NCBI GenBank assembly: GCA_051294375.1 | Contig: CM119268.1 | Coordinates: 616,415-680,414 of the forward strand | DNA: 64,000 nt | Source: Paraspadella gotoi | Lineage: Eukaryota > Animalia > Chaetognatha | Direction: 5' to 3' | Shown: one piece after another, positions 15,161 to 27,624 of the stretch | Layout of the letters: every line of letters starts with the position of its first letter | Numbering within the stretch: position 1 is the first letter of the stretch | Notes under the pieces: generated by a model | Database searches by the model: none | Told to the model about the DNA's origin: nothing | Seen by the model: only the letters and a program-made list of their open reading frames with translations | Made by a program: the position numbers and the translations under genes

Positions 15161-15728
15161 GAATAATTTGGTCAACATGCATAATTTTGTCAACTGGCAT
15201 AATATGGTCAAATGTCATATATGGTCAACTGGCAAAATTTGGTCAACTGGCATAATTTGGTCAAATGGCATAATTTGGTCAACTGGCATAATTTGATCAA
15301 CTGGCATAATTTGGTAAACTGGCATAATTTGATCAACTGACATACTTTGGTCAATTGACATAATTTGAACAACTGACATAATTTGGTTAACTGCCGTAAT
15401 TTGGTCAACTGGCATAATTTGGTCAACTTGCTTAATTTGGTCAACTGATATAATTTTGTCAACTGGCATAATTTGGTCAACAGGCATAATTTGCTCAATT
15501 GGCTTAATTTGATCAGCTGGCATAATTTTATCAACTGGCATAATTTGGTCAACTTGCAGAATTTGGTCACTTGAATAATTTGGTCAACTGACATAATTTA
15601 GTCAACTGTCATACTTTGGTCAACTGGCATAATTTGGTGAACTGGCATAATTTTATCAACTTGCATAATTTTGTCGACATGCAGAATTTTTTCACTTGAC
15701 AAAATTATGTCACTTGACCAAATTATTC
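15161..15728. mobile_element. MITE-like element with an internal 18-bp tandem array
   Basis: About 30 units of ggtcaactggcataattt. Terminal inverted match between gaataatttggtcaa..cataattttgtcaa (from 15161) and ttgacaaaattatg..ttgaccaaattattc (15696-15728). Confidence 0.6.
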
Positions 15729-15959
15729 AAATGGCATATGAGAGAGATAGAAAGAGAAAATTCAAATAAATATGTCTTTTGGTTTTCTATTTTGAACTCT
15801 TTTCCACTTCTACGATTCCATCAAAATTTATTATCCAGTTTAATAACAAAATTTCCTACCCACACAGAAATTTTAATATCAATTAATCTATCCATTTTTT
15901 TATTAAATATAATAATTATGAGTAAATATAAGGAAAAATACAAAATAAAAATAAAAATA

Positions 15960-16250
15960 TTTAAACTCATTTCCACTCGCACGATTCCATCGAAACTTTA
16001 CATCCTTCTTAATCACACACTTTCCTACACACATACAAAATTTCATCTCAATCCACAATCCGTTCACGAGTAATTGGAGATTTATGCTAAGTGGGGACGG
16101 ACGGACGGACGGACGGACGGACGGACGGACGGACGGACATAATTTTTTTGCACAGTTTATCATATTTGATGTTCTAAGGTGATTTAATGACCGACCGACC
16201 AAATTATGGGGGGCGACTGACAAATCGTTATAGAGTCGGAATCTGCCTGC
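15960..16250 (-). mobile_element. HINE-like repeat with (GACG)n tract
   Basis: Shares aactcatttccactcg.acgattccatcgaaactt...aatcacacactttcctac.cacatacaaaattt, the microsatellite and the ttatagag end with 59390-59890. Confidence 0.6.
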
Positions 16251-16311
16251 GGGGGTTTTTGAGGCAACTGCCCAAATTAACTCACCCTTTTCTCCGCTGA
16301 GTTAACCTTAC

Positions 16312-16599
16312 CTTCATAACTTCAACGATGAATCCCTTAACTTTCCTGTTTCCCTCAGAACCGGAGATTCGCGGCTGCAGCAAATCTTCAACGAAAGCTT
16401 CCATCAACGCCGCGTCAGTCGATGCAGCCAGCCTGCGCAGGGACGGAGTCGGCAGCTGCGTCAACTCGTGCGTCCATTTCCGGTCGAAGAGAGAGGGCGA
16501 GGCGGTGGCGGCGGCGGTGGCGGTGAAAAAGAGAGAGAGCGAGAGAAAGAGGGAGAGCGAGACGAAAGGAAATAGAATCGGGGATAATTGAAAAGTCAT
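16312..16599 (-). CDS. QPCT: Glutaminyl-peptide cyclotransferase, exon 1 (signal peptide and N-terminus)
   Basis: MTFQLSPILFPFVSLSLFLSLSLFFTATAAATASPSLFDRKWTHE...DLLQPRISGSEGNRKVKGFIVEVMK, then a GTAAG donor (phase 0). The LL.PR..GS.G motif is typical of the QC/QPCTL N-terminus. Confidence 0.85.
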
Positions 16600-16876
16600 T
16601 TTTATTTTAATTGTTGTTTTGTTTTTGTTTTTGATGTTGATGTTGTTTATTATGATTCCATGCTTGATTCCATGCTTGATTCCATGCTTGATCTCGGTCT
16701 CGTCACTCTCTGGACATAAACAAGCAACGAAACAAGTTTGTAATCTCCCGACCTAAGTTTTTATAAACAAAGAGAAATTTTAAAAAATCTTATAATATTA
16801 AAATATTGAAAAAAGAAATTTTTAAAAAAAAGTAAGAATTTTTGCGAGTACACAAAACATTAACTGTTTTCTTTTT

Positions 16877-16958
<82 letters not shown>

Positions 16959-17679
16959 GAGATAGACGAAGAAAAGGTCGCTGTGTCGTGAATTGTGAAG
17001 TTGAGACGGAAGGGGAGGAGAAATAAGAGTAGGAAGAGGAAGAAAAGGAGGAGGAGGAGGAAGAGGAGAAGGAAGAGGAAGAAAACGAGGAGGAGGAAGA
17101 AGACGAGGAAGAAGGGGAGGAGGAAGAAGATGAGGGAGAAGAGAAGAAGAAGGAGCGGGAAGAGGAAGAAAAGGAGTAGGAAGAAGAGGAAGAAGAAGAT
17201 GAGGAAGAAGAAGAGGAGGAGGAAGAAGAGGAGGAGAAAAAGGAAGAGGAGGAAGAGGTTGTAAAGTTCCCGTGAATTTGACTTTAACGCGAATATTTTT
17301 TTTTTACTTTTTCTTTCTTTTTTTTCTTTTTTTTCTTTTTTTTAAAAGAGAGCAACCGAGGTTTAAAGATAATTAACCAAAAACGATATAAACTTATTAG
17401 GTATTATTGGATTGAAATATAAAGACAGATTGGTCTACTGATTCTTGGACGGCTATTATCTTATATATATTATTTAATATATAGTTTTTGTTTATTTATT
17501 ATATTATTATTTTTTATTATTTATGGACCTGACCTTTATATAAATATTTTTTATTAATATTAAAAACAGTTTTACAGTAATGGTGTAAAAGACTGGAAAA
17601 CGATAAACAAGTAAAAACTAAAATATGAATTATCAACAAATTAGCCTCAATCGCCCAAGAAACTAAATTTCTGACTCTA

Positions 17680-17792
17680 TTTTATTCTATTCTGTTCTAT
17701 TCTATTCTATTCTATTCTAGTCTATTCTGTTCTATTCTATTCTATTCTATTCTATTCTATTCTATTCTATTCTATTCTATTCTATTCTATTC
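17680..17792. repeat. (CTATT)n microsatellite
   Basis: Direct inspection. Confidence 0.9.
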
Positions 17793-19164
17793 CATCACTG
17801 TAATTCTAAGTAAAACTGATGGTCTGTGTACCGCCAATAAAAAAAAATATATAATTAGTTCACTCTTATACTATTCTTCTTTTTAGTCACTTTTGTGTCT
17901 CGGTTATGTTAAAATTTAATTTATTTCATAACTCGGGTAATACTTCATCAATGCAATTAATTAACTCGGGTAATACTTCATCAATTTAGTTCACATTAAG
18001 TATGAAAGTAAGGTAACATAAGACCTTTAACGAGTTATTAATTAAATATATATATATATATCATACTTGTGAAGGCTCTTGATCGTCTTAAAATGCTAAC
18101 AAATGACTTAAAAGTATAATTTTTAATCTTGGTTGCTCTTTTGTTGTTTTCGGAGAGAATCTCGAATCTAAGTGACTACTCGCGCCGTCTTTTGTTTAAA
18201 ACAAATCGTTTAAAAAATAGATGACGGATTAGTGCCACCGGACAGGACAGGACAAATTACTGCCTGTTATTTGCTCGTTTTAGAACTTCGGATCTGACCT
18301 GTAGTCTGCCACTACAGGAGGGTTATATGTCCCGACCAACTTACTGGCATTGACACCAATGGGGGCGCGAACCCAAGAACGCTTGGCGTGAAGAGAGAAT
18401 TCTCGATCTTACGCTAACGGGGCAGCGGTGATGGATTTAGGCGGGTGGCGATAGCGAATGTGTTGCCACAACGGATCCGATACATTGCGTTTCTAGCATA
18501 CGGACACGGCGAAACTCAGGCTCGAATGACCGTTCTTATTTTTTAAAATTAAATCCAGAAATGAAAATATGAACTACAACAACAACAAAAACAAAACAAA
18601 AACAACAACCCGAATTAACAATTTCGTTAAATTTTTTTTTTGTCTGTTTTGTTATGGGACGTAATGTCATAAAACTCATAATTACCTAAAAAAAAAAAAA
18701 GAGTATGACTAATTGACTAAGATAAATATCTATCACGTAAAATTATAATTAATTGACTAACATGAATATGACAATAAATATTGTAATATTCCTTGGGGGG
18801 CCTGCTCATTTTGAGCTCTACCTTAATTCTTAATTTTTCACTTCAACAGTCACTTATCTATCCCTCACAAAAATATATCCTTTCACATTTAAAAACTTTC
18901 TTTCCTTTCATTACGATTTATTTATTATTAGATTAATTGTTAAATCACTATTAGTTTAAAAACTTTTTTCTTTGTTGTACATTACACAATGTATTATTTT
19001 GTCTCTCTCTGTCTCTCTCTCTCTCTCTCTTTCTCTCTCTATCTCGCTTTCTTTCTCTTTCACCAATTGACCATTTCACTTCTTTTCACAACTGATCTGT
19101 CTTCAACTTAAACTGTCCTCACCTTTTAACCACTATCTCTGTGTTGGAAACTTTTGCCCTCTCT

Positions 19165-19200
<36 letters not shown>

Positions 19201-19209
19201 GCTTTTATC

Positions 19210-19640
19210 TTGGATCATTTTTTAACTTGCATCATTTTTTTAAACTAGCTTCATTTTAAAGTTATATATTTTTTTGATTTGCATTAATTTTTAAATGCAT
19301 CATTTTTTAATCATTTCATTGTTTTTTAAATTTGCATTATTTTGAAACTTGCATCATTTTTTAACTTCCATATTTTTTTGATTTATAATTTTTTTTGATT
19401 TACATTATTTTTTTGATTTGCATTATTTTTTAACTTACATCATTTTGCACCTTATATCATTTTTTTAATTTTAAATCATTTTTTATCTCGGCGCATCATT
19501 TTTTGAATGCATAATTTTTTAACCCTATATCATTTTTCAACTTGCATCATTTTTTTTTCAAATTGCAGCATTTTTTTTAAACTTGCCTTATTTTCTTAAC
19601 TTATATTATTTTTTAACTTATATTATTTTTCTTTTGTAAT
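19210..19640. repeat. Degenerate ~20-bp minisatellite (ttgcatcatttttttaac)
   Basis: Repeated gcat(c/t)atttttt..a units. Confidence 0.7.
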
Positions 19641-21222
19641 TTTTTAAATTTAATATTACCTTTTACTTATATGGTTTAATTTTATATTAAAATTTAATTA
19701 TCAATTAATTTATAAAAAACAATTCATAAATTGGTACAAACAATATAACAATTATCCATTTGTTGTTAGTTGTAGAATAAATTAATTTATTAATTAATTA
19801 ATTATAAGAAACTATTAATTATTATTTTAACTAATTAATTATTATCGCTTATGATCGTCATCAGATCCAGCATTTTTGTTTTTTTTATTCTAAGTAAAAC
19901 TAAAAACTTTCAGCTTGAATTGAAAAACAAGAAGAAATTTTTTCTAATGCCAAATAATAAAAATATATAAAATTATGTAATATTATATTTTTTTAGAATT
20001 ATACAATTCGATTTTTACTGATTTGGAATACTACTAAACATTTTTTGATTTTTAATTGATATTTTTTTTAAACAATTAGTAAAATAATATATTTCTTTTT
20101 TAATTTAATTAATCATATTAAATTTAATAAAATGTTGATTGGGAAAGTAAAAAAAAGAAATAGAAAAAAATAAAGTAAAATAAAAAAATAAAGGAAACAG
20201 AGAAAGTAAGAGAGAGAAAGAGGAAAAAGAGTGAGTGAAGAGAATAAGAGTAAAAAAAGAAATGGAAATAAAGTCATATAAAAATAAATTTTATTTTTTC
20301 TCAATAATTCCTTTTCCTAAGTATTTTTTAGAAGCTTTATCTCTTTCTCTCCCATTTCTTTTTTTTCTCTTTCTTCTTTCTCTTTCTCCTCTCTCTCCCC
20401 TCTCTTTTTAAAATGCTTGCAAAAATTGTTTAAAATATATATTTTGTTAAAAAGATTTGAAAAAGTTAAAACATATACATTTTAAAAAAAAAAAAAAATT
20501 ATTTATTATTTATTTATTAATTTTAAACATAACAAATTGAAAAGTTTTTTCATGATCCATTGATCTGAATTAAAAAAACATATTATCAAATACAAAACTA
20601 TAATAAATTTTAAACAAAAAGCCGGAGGCGTTCAAGAGGCGAAGCGGAGGCGATCCGGGCTAAAAAAATGAGAGGCGAACGCAAACCGGAGGCGAGGGGG
20701 TCTCGGGAGGCGGGAGTGGAGGCGGGCGAAATTCACCGCTCCAGCATCCTCTAGCGTTTAAAGTCATACTTCGAAATGATTTGGTCCTCGTCGTCAAATT
20801 TTTAAATTTTTTTTTTCAAGTCATTGGGAATGTTTCTCAATGATTATTTGAACGCTTGCAATAACATCACGACTAACAGTAAATGCATTCACATTTGAGC
20901 CTTATTTCTTATGGGTAACTTCACGACAATCACTTTACTAATCCATCACAATAACTCTTCCTTACATGAGCACGACTAATCACGGTAGGGCAGAGAGAAT
21001 GTGAGAGAAACAAAAAAGTATAATCTCTGAAACCTATAAAGTATTTAAGTATACCAACAAGACTCTTAAAGTGCTAGGTCTGCAAAATCCTATAAAAGCA
21101 GAATTTTTTTTAAATGCTTATTAAAGTTTTCAAATTTTTTATATAAAGTATTTGAATTTCTATATATCACTCAATCCATTCTATTCTTTGAGTTTTGAGC
21201 TTTTTCACGAATTTCCTTTCAG

Positions 21223-23375
21223 CTGAGAATCACGTTGTTTCCGTTGGCGAAGACGTCATATTCACTTGTTTGTTCGATTCACAAAATTCACAACCGCGGA
21301 TTCGATTCAGAACAAAATCGAGCGAGGAGTTTTCAGATTGGTAAATGGCTCACTAAACTTTAACCTAAGTTGTAGTCATTCAAATAGCGATGTCCGGGCG
21401 ATTCACACAGGAGTCGCAGGTTTGGTTCAAGTTGTTTGGCGACTTCGCCATGGCGATATCCCCAGGGCCCTTGGCGATGTCGCCAGTACCCTCGATGGCG
21501 ACCTCGCCAGTGATAAAAGTAGCGAAATATAATGAAAAAAGGGAGTTAGAGATGGGATGCACGGGGATGACGGAGATCCGGGTTAGGGTTAAGGGGAGAG
21601 GCCCGCGGGCGATGCTAGGTTTAGGTTTTGGCTTGGCATAAGACAGGGGGCCCAGGTTAGGGTTATCCCTAACCTTTAACCTAATCTTTAACTAAAAAAA
21701 AATTAAGCTTAATTCCGAATTCAAGATAAAATTGAGCTTTATGGGAAAAAAACAGGCTCAAATTTTTTTCTAAAGCCCATAATTTTTTCATTATGTTTTG
21801 GTTTCTTTACTGGCCTTATTTTCTTAAACATCTTTTTTTAATCTTAAATTCGAAAGATGTTGTTAGTTGTTGGGGCCGGCTCATTTTGAGCTCTTTTCTA
21901 TATTTAATTTTACTAACTCTTTACTCATCTATCCCTCACCACTTATTCTTCTATTTCAATTTCAACTTTAAACTCATTAATAAACGCAGTAATAGGCTCC
22001 TTTGTAAAAAAGAGCCCGTTTATTTCTTTTTAAATCTCTAATGGTTTGTTAAATTATTGCCATCTTACAGACTCTAACTGGAATCGTTATTTCGGGAGTT
22101 TTTTGGTTCACGATTCGAGAAGTGAGTCTTAACGATGGTGGACAGTATCGCTGCCTTTCGAGCGAAGAAAAACTGTGGACAACTTTATCATTGTTTAGGT
22201 GAGAAAAAACAATTTAATACCTTTCAATCAGTCACATCAGTTATTTTTAAAAATTAAAGATCGCAGAACCACACAATTTTATAGAAACTTCAAACGAATT
22301 ATTACAAATGTTCAAATTTTTCATTTTAATTTAGTGTTTGTATTTAAATGACTTTGTAGCCATTAACCATTAAGCAATTACCCAATCCCTACTCAGATCC
22401 AGATTTCTCTCTCCTGCCCTTACAACCACGACATCGTCGTTGTCGCCTCTACAATAACATTTGTTCAATGCGCCGTCGATAAAACTGGATTCTTTGGCGA
22501 ATTTCGGACAGAGATATTGCGGGAAATTTGAATTGAATCTCGATATGAGGTGATAATGGAGAGAGTTATGGACATAGAGAAGTTGAAATGAAAAGAAAAA
22601 TTAAAATTAATGGAAATGATTAGATGAATAGAACCTATCTCAGTGTAAAGGGGTGGGTCAGAAGTTTAATCTAAAGCCTTAATCATTTTTGAAACAACTT
22701 TAAAGGAAGAAATATTTTTTAGATGAATCTAAATACTAGTATTTCATTTTTTATTGAAATTTTATTGATAGAAAATGTCAAAAATTATTTTAAATTGTTA
22801 TTCTGTAAAGCAGTTTCAGGTACCTCCTAAAAAGTTGTCTAAAAAGTATAATTCTGTTTATTGATTATTTAAACATGTAAACAAGTTTTGAACTTTTATA
22901 GACTTATCCTTTGGAAAACTTATTACGGGGAAAAACCGGAAAGAATTTTGGCCTCAACAATCGCAATGTCGACATCAACTGCTGGACATTTTGGCTGCAA
23001 ATTGTTTGGCCAGAAAAAGAAATAAGACGATTCGTTGTGGAAAGATGTTTGTCAGTCTTAAGGCTCACTTGTGAGTTGGAAGGAAGGATTGAATTGAATT
23101 GAATTGAATTGAATTGGAATTGAATTGAATTGAATTGAATTGAATTGAATTGAACAGCAAAAGAGGGAGAGAAAAAGAGGGAGAGAGGAAGTAGAGAGAG
23201 AGAGAGAGAGGGAGAGAGTGAGAGGAGAGAGAGAGAGGAGAGAGAGAAGATGGGAGGGGGGAGAGAAAAGGAGGAGAGAGAGAGTAAAGAGAGAGGATGG
23301 GAGTGCGGGAGAGAGAGGCAGGGAGGGGAGAGAGAGGGAGGGAGAGGAGAGGAAGGAAGGGGAGAGGAGGATGGG

Positions 23376-23425
<50 letters not shown>

Positions 23426-24019
23426 AAATATAACTTAACAACAAATTAATGAATTCCAAATTTCTTATTTGGTCTTTAGTTTTATGGAACCAATTTGTAT
23501 CTCGATGGAACGTCATTTATCAAAAGTCCATCCACTCTACGAAATTTTGAAATTTCATTGTCGTGGATTGTTGATTCATCAATAATCGGTTGATTCATTT
23601 CCATCGAAACTCGAAACAAAATTTGTGTTTTTTGTAAATTGATATTTACTTGTAATAAAAAGCTAACGAATTATTCTTTTTTTTTAAACTTAAGAAAAAT
23701 CAAGGAAAACGGAAATAAATAGAAAACTGGGAGATAAAAAAAGAGAAAAGAACCAGAAAACCAAGAGCGGTAATTTTATGTGTATCGCAGTCTTGACTGT
23801 TCATATGTTTTCCCAAGCGCCTCGTTTCTACCCTGATTTGCATAAAACAGTACGAAATGTTGGTGTATGACATTTTGCTTTTATTTCTTTTTGTTGCTTA
23901 AATTCTTTTTTTCTTTTCCCATTTTTATTTCTGTTTCCTTCTTTGCCTTTCGAATCTTAGGAGATGAAAGAAGATCTTTGCCTCCCCATTACCTCGAGGC
24001 AAACAAAGAAAAAATAATA
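21223..24019 (+). pseudogene. Inverted duplicate of Ig-gene exons 2-8 lacking exon 1 (likely artefact)
   Basis: Same exons as 24271-27075 in the opposite orientation, with more frameshifts. The signal-peptide exon at 27625-27682 is not duplicated. Confidence 0.7.
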
Positions 24020-24095
24020 ATAAATATTATATATTTATTGTCTAGAAAAAGTTTTGAAAATTTGTTTCATCAACGAATTTGTTTTATTATTATAT

Positions 24096-24133
24096 ACGGA
24101 CATGTTTCGACTCTTTCGAGTCTTCATCAGCGT
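24096..24133 (-). ncRNA. Minimal type I hammerhead ribozyme (Penelope-like element type)
   Basis: acg CTGATGA A GACTC gaaa GAGTC GAAA CATGTC cgt: intact core, perfect 5-bp stem II, palindromic ACATGT stem III, acg/cgt stem I, GUC cleavage triplet. Confidence 0.8.
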
Positions 24134-24270
24134 TAAGTTTTGAAATAGTTTACAAATTTGTGCAGAAGAAGGAGAGAGAGGAGAGAGAGAGNNNNNNNNN
24201 NNNNNNNNNNNNNNNNTGATGAAACAAATTTTCAAACTTTTTCTAGACAATAAATATATAATATTTATTA

Positions 24271-24497
24271 TTATTTTTTCTTTGTTTCCTCGAGGTAATG
24301 GGGAGGCAAAGATCTTCTTTCATCTCCTAAGATTCGAAAGGCAAAGAAGGAAACAGAAATAAAAATGGGAAAAGAAAAAAAGAATTTAAGCAAACAAAAA
24401 AGAAATAAAAGCAAAATGTCATACACCACATTTCGTACTGTTTTATGCAAATCAGGGTAGAAACGAGGCGCTTGGGAAAACATATGAACAGTCAAGA
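24271..24497 (-). CDS. Probable terminal exons 7-8 of the Ig gene (24425/24427-24497 and 24271-24326)
   Basis: cgcAG|VLTVHMFSQAPRFYPDLHKTVRNV and cttAG|GDERRSLPPHYLEETKKK*. The junction phase is ambiguous between the two copies. Confidence 0.45.
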
Positions 24498-24699
24498 CTG
24501 CGATACACATAAAAATTACCGCTCTTGGTTTTCTGGTTCTTTTCTCTTTTTTTATCTCCCAGTTTTCTATTTATTTCCGTTTTCCTTGATTTTTCTTAAG
24601 TTTAAAAAAAAAGAATAATTCGTTAGCTTTTTATTACAAGTAAATATCAATTTACAAAAACACAAATTTTGTTTCGAGTTTCGATGGAAATGAATCAAC

Positions 24700-24809
24700 C
24701 GATTATTGATGAAATCAACAATCCACGACAATGAAATTTCAAAATTTCGTAGAGTGGATGGACTTTTGATAAATGACGTTCCATCGAGATACAAATTGGT
24801 TCCATAAAA
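24700..24809 (-). CDS. Exon encoding a lipoxygenase-like His-motif fragment
   Basis: (H|F)FMEPICISMERHLSKVHPLYEILKFHCRGLLISSII gives H-x17-H-x8-H with the EP, R.L...HP and L..H residues of the lipoxygenase iron-binding helix region. tttAG acceptor; phase 2 matches exon 5. Confidence 0.7.
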
Positions 24810-24862
24810 CTAAAGACCAAATAAGAAATTTGGAATTCATAATTTGTTGTTAAGTTATATTT

Positions 24863-24906
<44 letters not shown>

Positions 24907-25208
24907 CTCTCTTCTCCCATCCTCCTCTCCCCTTCCTTCCTCTCCTCTCCCTCCCTCTCTCTCCCCCCCTGCCTCTCTCTCCCGCACTCCCATCCTCTCT
25001 CTTACTCTCTCTCTCCTCCTTTTCTCTCCCCCCTCCCATCTTCTCTCTCTCCTCTCTCTCTCTCCTCTCACTCTCTCCTCTCTCTCTCTCTCTCTACTTC
25101 CTCTCTCCCTCTTTTTCTCTCCCTCTTTTGCTGTTCAATTCAATTCAATTCAATTCAATTCAATTCAATTCCATTCAATCCAATTCAATTCCCTTCCTTC
25201 CAACTCAC

Positions 25209-25378
25209 AAGTGAGCCTTAAGACTGACAAACATCTTTCCACAACGAATCGTCTTATTTCTTTTTCTGGCCAACAATTTGCAGCCAAAATGTCCAGCAGT
25301 TGATGTCGACATTGCGATTGTTGAGGCCAAAATTCTTTCCGGTTTTTCCCCGTAATAAGTTTTCCAAGAAGGATAAGT
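25209..25378 (-). CDS. Ig-domain protein exon 5 (second Ig-like half, ending in LKAH)
   Basis: TYPSWKTYYGEKPERILASTIAMSTSTAGHFGCKLLARKRNKTIRCGKMFVSLKAH; G.F.C resembles an Ig F-strand. Strong GTGAGT donor, phase 2. Confidence 0.7.
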
Positions 25379-25733
25379 CTATAAAAGTTCAAAAACTTGT
25401 TTACATGTTAAATAATCAATAAACAGAATTATACTTTTTAGACAACTTTTTAGGAGGTACCTGAAACTGCTTTACAGAATAACAATTTAAAATAATTTTT
25501 TGACATTTTCTATCAATAAAATTTCAATAAAAAATGAAATACTAGTATTTAGATTCATCTAAAAAAATATTTCTTCCTTTAAAGTTGTTTCAAAAATGAT
25601 TAAGGCTTTAGATTAAACTTCTGACCCACCCCTTTACACTGAGATAGGTTCTATTCATCTAATCATTTCCATTAATTTTAATTTTTCTTTTCATTTCAAC
25701 TTCTCTATGTCCCATAACTCTCTCCATTATCAC

Positions 25734-25888
25734 CTCATCATCGAGATTCAATTCAAATTTTCCCGCAATATCTCTGTCCGAAAATTCGCCAAAGAATCCA
25801 GTTTTATCGACGGCGCATTGAACAAATGTTATTGTAGAGGCGACAACGACGATGTCGTGGTTGTAAGGGCAGGAGAGAGAATCTGGAT
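25734..25888 (-). CDS. Ig-domain protein exon 4 (putative second Ig-like domain, first half)
   Basis: Open, phase-compatible exon DPDSLSCPYNHDIVVVASTITFVQCAVDKTGFFGEFSDRDIAGKFELNLDDE; ctcAG acceptor, GTGAT donor. Confidence 0.7.
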
Positions 25889-26087
25889 CTGAGTAGGGAT
25901 TGGGTAATTGCTTAATGGTTAATGGCTACAAGTCATTTAAATACAAACACTAAATTAAAATGAAAAATTTGAACATTTGTAATAATTTCGTTTGAAGTTT
26001 CTATAAAATTGTGTGGTTCTGCGATCTTTAAATTTTTAAAAATAACTGATTGACTGATTGAAAGGTATTAAATTGTTTTTCTCTCAC

Positions 26088-26217
26088 CTAAAACAATGAT
26101 AAAGTTGTCCACAGTTTTTCCTTCGCTCGAAAGGCAGCGATACTGTCCACCATCGTTAAGACTCACTTCTCGAATCGTGAACCAAAAAACTCCCGAAATA
26201 ACGATTCCAGTTAGAGT
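26088..26217 (-). CDS. Ig-domain protein exon 3 (second half of Ig domain 1)
   Basis: TLTGIVISGVFWFTIREVSLNDGGQYRCLSSEGKTVDNFIIVL contains the canonical I..V...D.G.Y.C motif. Phase 0 to phase 1, GTGAG donor. Confidence 0.85.
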
Positions 26218-26875
26218 CTGCTAAGATGGCAATAATTTAACAAACCATTAGAGATTTAAAAAGAAAATAAACGGGCTCTTTTTTTACAAAGGAGCCCTAT
26301 TACTGCGTTTATTAATGAGTTTAAAGGTTGAAATTGAAATAGAAGAATAAGTGGTGAGGGATAGATGAGTAAAGAGTTAGTAAAATTAAATATAGAAAAG
26401 AGCTCAAAATGAGCCGGCCCCCAACAACTAACAACATCTTTCGAATTTAAGATTAAAAAAAGATGTTTAAGGAAAATAAGGCCAGTAAAGAAACCAAAAC
26501 ATAATGAAAAAATTATGGGCTTTAGAAAAAAATTTGAGCCTGTTTTTTTCCCATAAAGCTCAATTTTATCTTGAATTCGGAATTAGCTTAATTTTTTTTT
26601 AGTTAAAGATTAGGTTAAAGGTTAGGGATAACCCTAACCTGGGCCCCCTGTCTTATGCCAAGCCAAAACCCTAAACCTAGCATCGCCCGCGGGCCTCTCC
26701 CCTTAACCCTAACCCGGATCTTCCGTTCATCCCCGTGCATCCATCTCTAACTCCCTTTTTTTCATTATATTCGCTACTTTTATCACTGGCGAGGTCGCCA
26801 TCGAGGGTACTGGCGACATCGCCAGGGCCCTGGGGATATCGCCATGGCGAAGTCGCCAAACAACTTGAACCAAAC

Positions 26876-27075
26876 CTGCGACTCCTGTGTGAATCGCCCG
26901 GGACATCGCTATTTGAATGAACTACAACTTAGGTTAAAGTTTAGTGAGCCATTTACCAAATCTGAAAACTCCTCGCTCGATTTTGTTCTGAATCGAATCC
27001 GCGGTTGTGAATTTTGTGAATCGAACAAACAAGTGAATATGACGTCTTCGCCAACGGAAACAACGTGATTCTCAG
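26876..27075 (-). CDS. Ig-domain protein exon 2 (first half of Ig domain 1)
   Basis: tttcAG|AENHVVSVGEDVIFTCLFDS... shows the V..GE.V.F.C Ig strand A'/B motif. The 3' part needs compensating indels. Confidence 0.75.
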
Positions 27076-27624
27076 CTGAAAGGAAATTCGTGAAAAAGCT
27101 CAAAACTCAAAGAATAGAATGGATTGAGTGATATATAGAAATTCAAATACTTTATATAAAAAATTTGAAAACTTTAATAAGCATTTAAAAAAATTCTGCT
27201 TTTATAGGATTTTGCAGACCTAGCACTTTAAGAGTCTTGTTGGTATACTTAAATACTTTATAGGTTTCAGAGATTATACTTTTTTGTTTCTCTCACATTC
27301 TCTCTGCCCTACCGTGATTAGTCGTGCTCATGGTAAGGAAGAGTTATTGTGATGGATTAGTAAAGTGATTGTCGTGAAGTTACCCATAAGAAATAAGGCT
27401 CAATGTGATGCATTTACTGTTAGTCGTGATGTTATTGCAAGCGTTCAAATAATCATTGAGAAACATTCCCAATGACTTGAAAAAAAAAATTTAAAAATTT
27501 GACGACGAGGACCAAATCATTTCGAAGTATGACTTTAAACGCTATCAAAGGATGCTCCTAGCAGAAACGGCAAAGCTGAGAATTATGTAGGAACCTTCCT
27601 ACATATTTTGAGTTAACAACTCAC

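Larger units (their letters stand above)
20752..27544. repeat. ~3.3 kb inverted duplication centred on the N gap at 24192-24216
   Basis: tagcgtttaaagtcatacttcg at 20752 mirrors cgaagtatgactttaaacgcta ending at 27544. The arms differ mostly by 1-nt indels. Confidence 0.95.

Noticed and set aside
15208-15594. Repeat proteins (LTKLCQ)n and (VDQIMP)n; also (FECHCH)n ORFs at 51520-52234
   Set aside because: Translations of minisatellites whose units are multiples of three.
18350-18430. tRNA gene on the minus strand
   Set aside because: Only box-like motifs are present and no convincing cloverleaf; more likely a decayed SINE head. No bona fide tRNA or rRNA was seen in the window.
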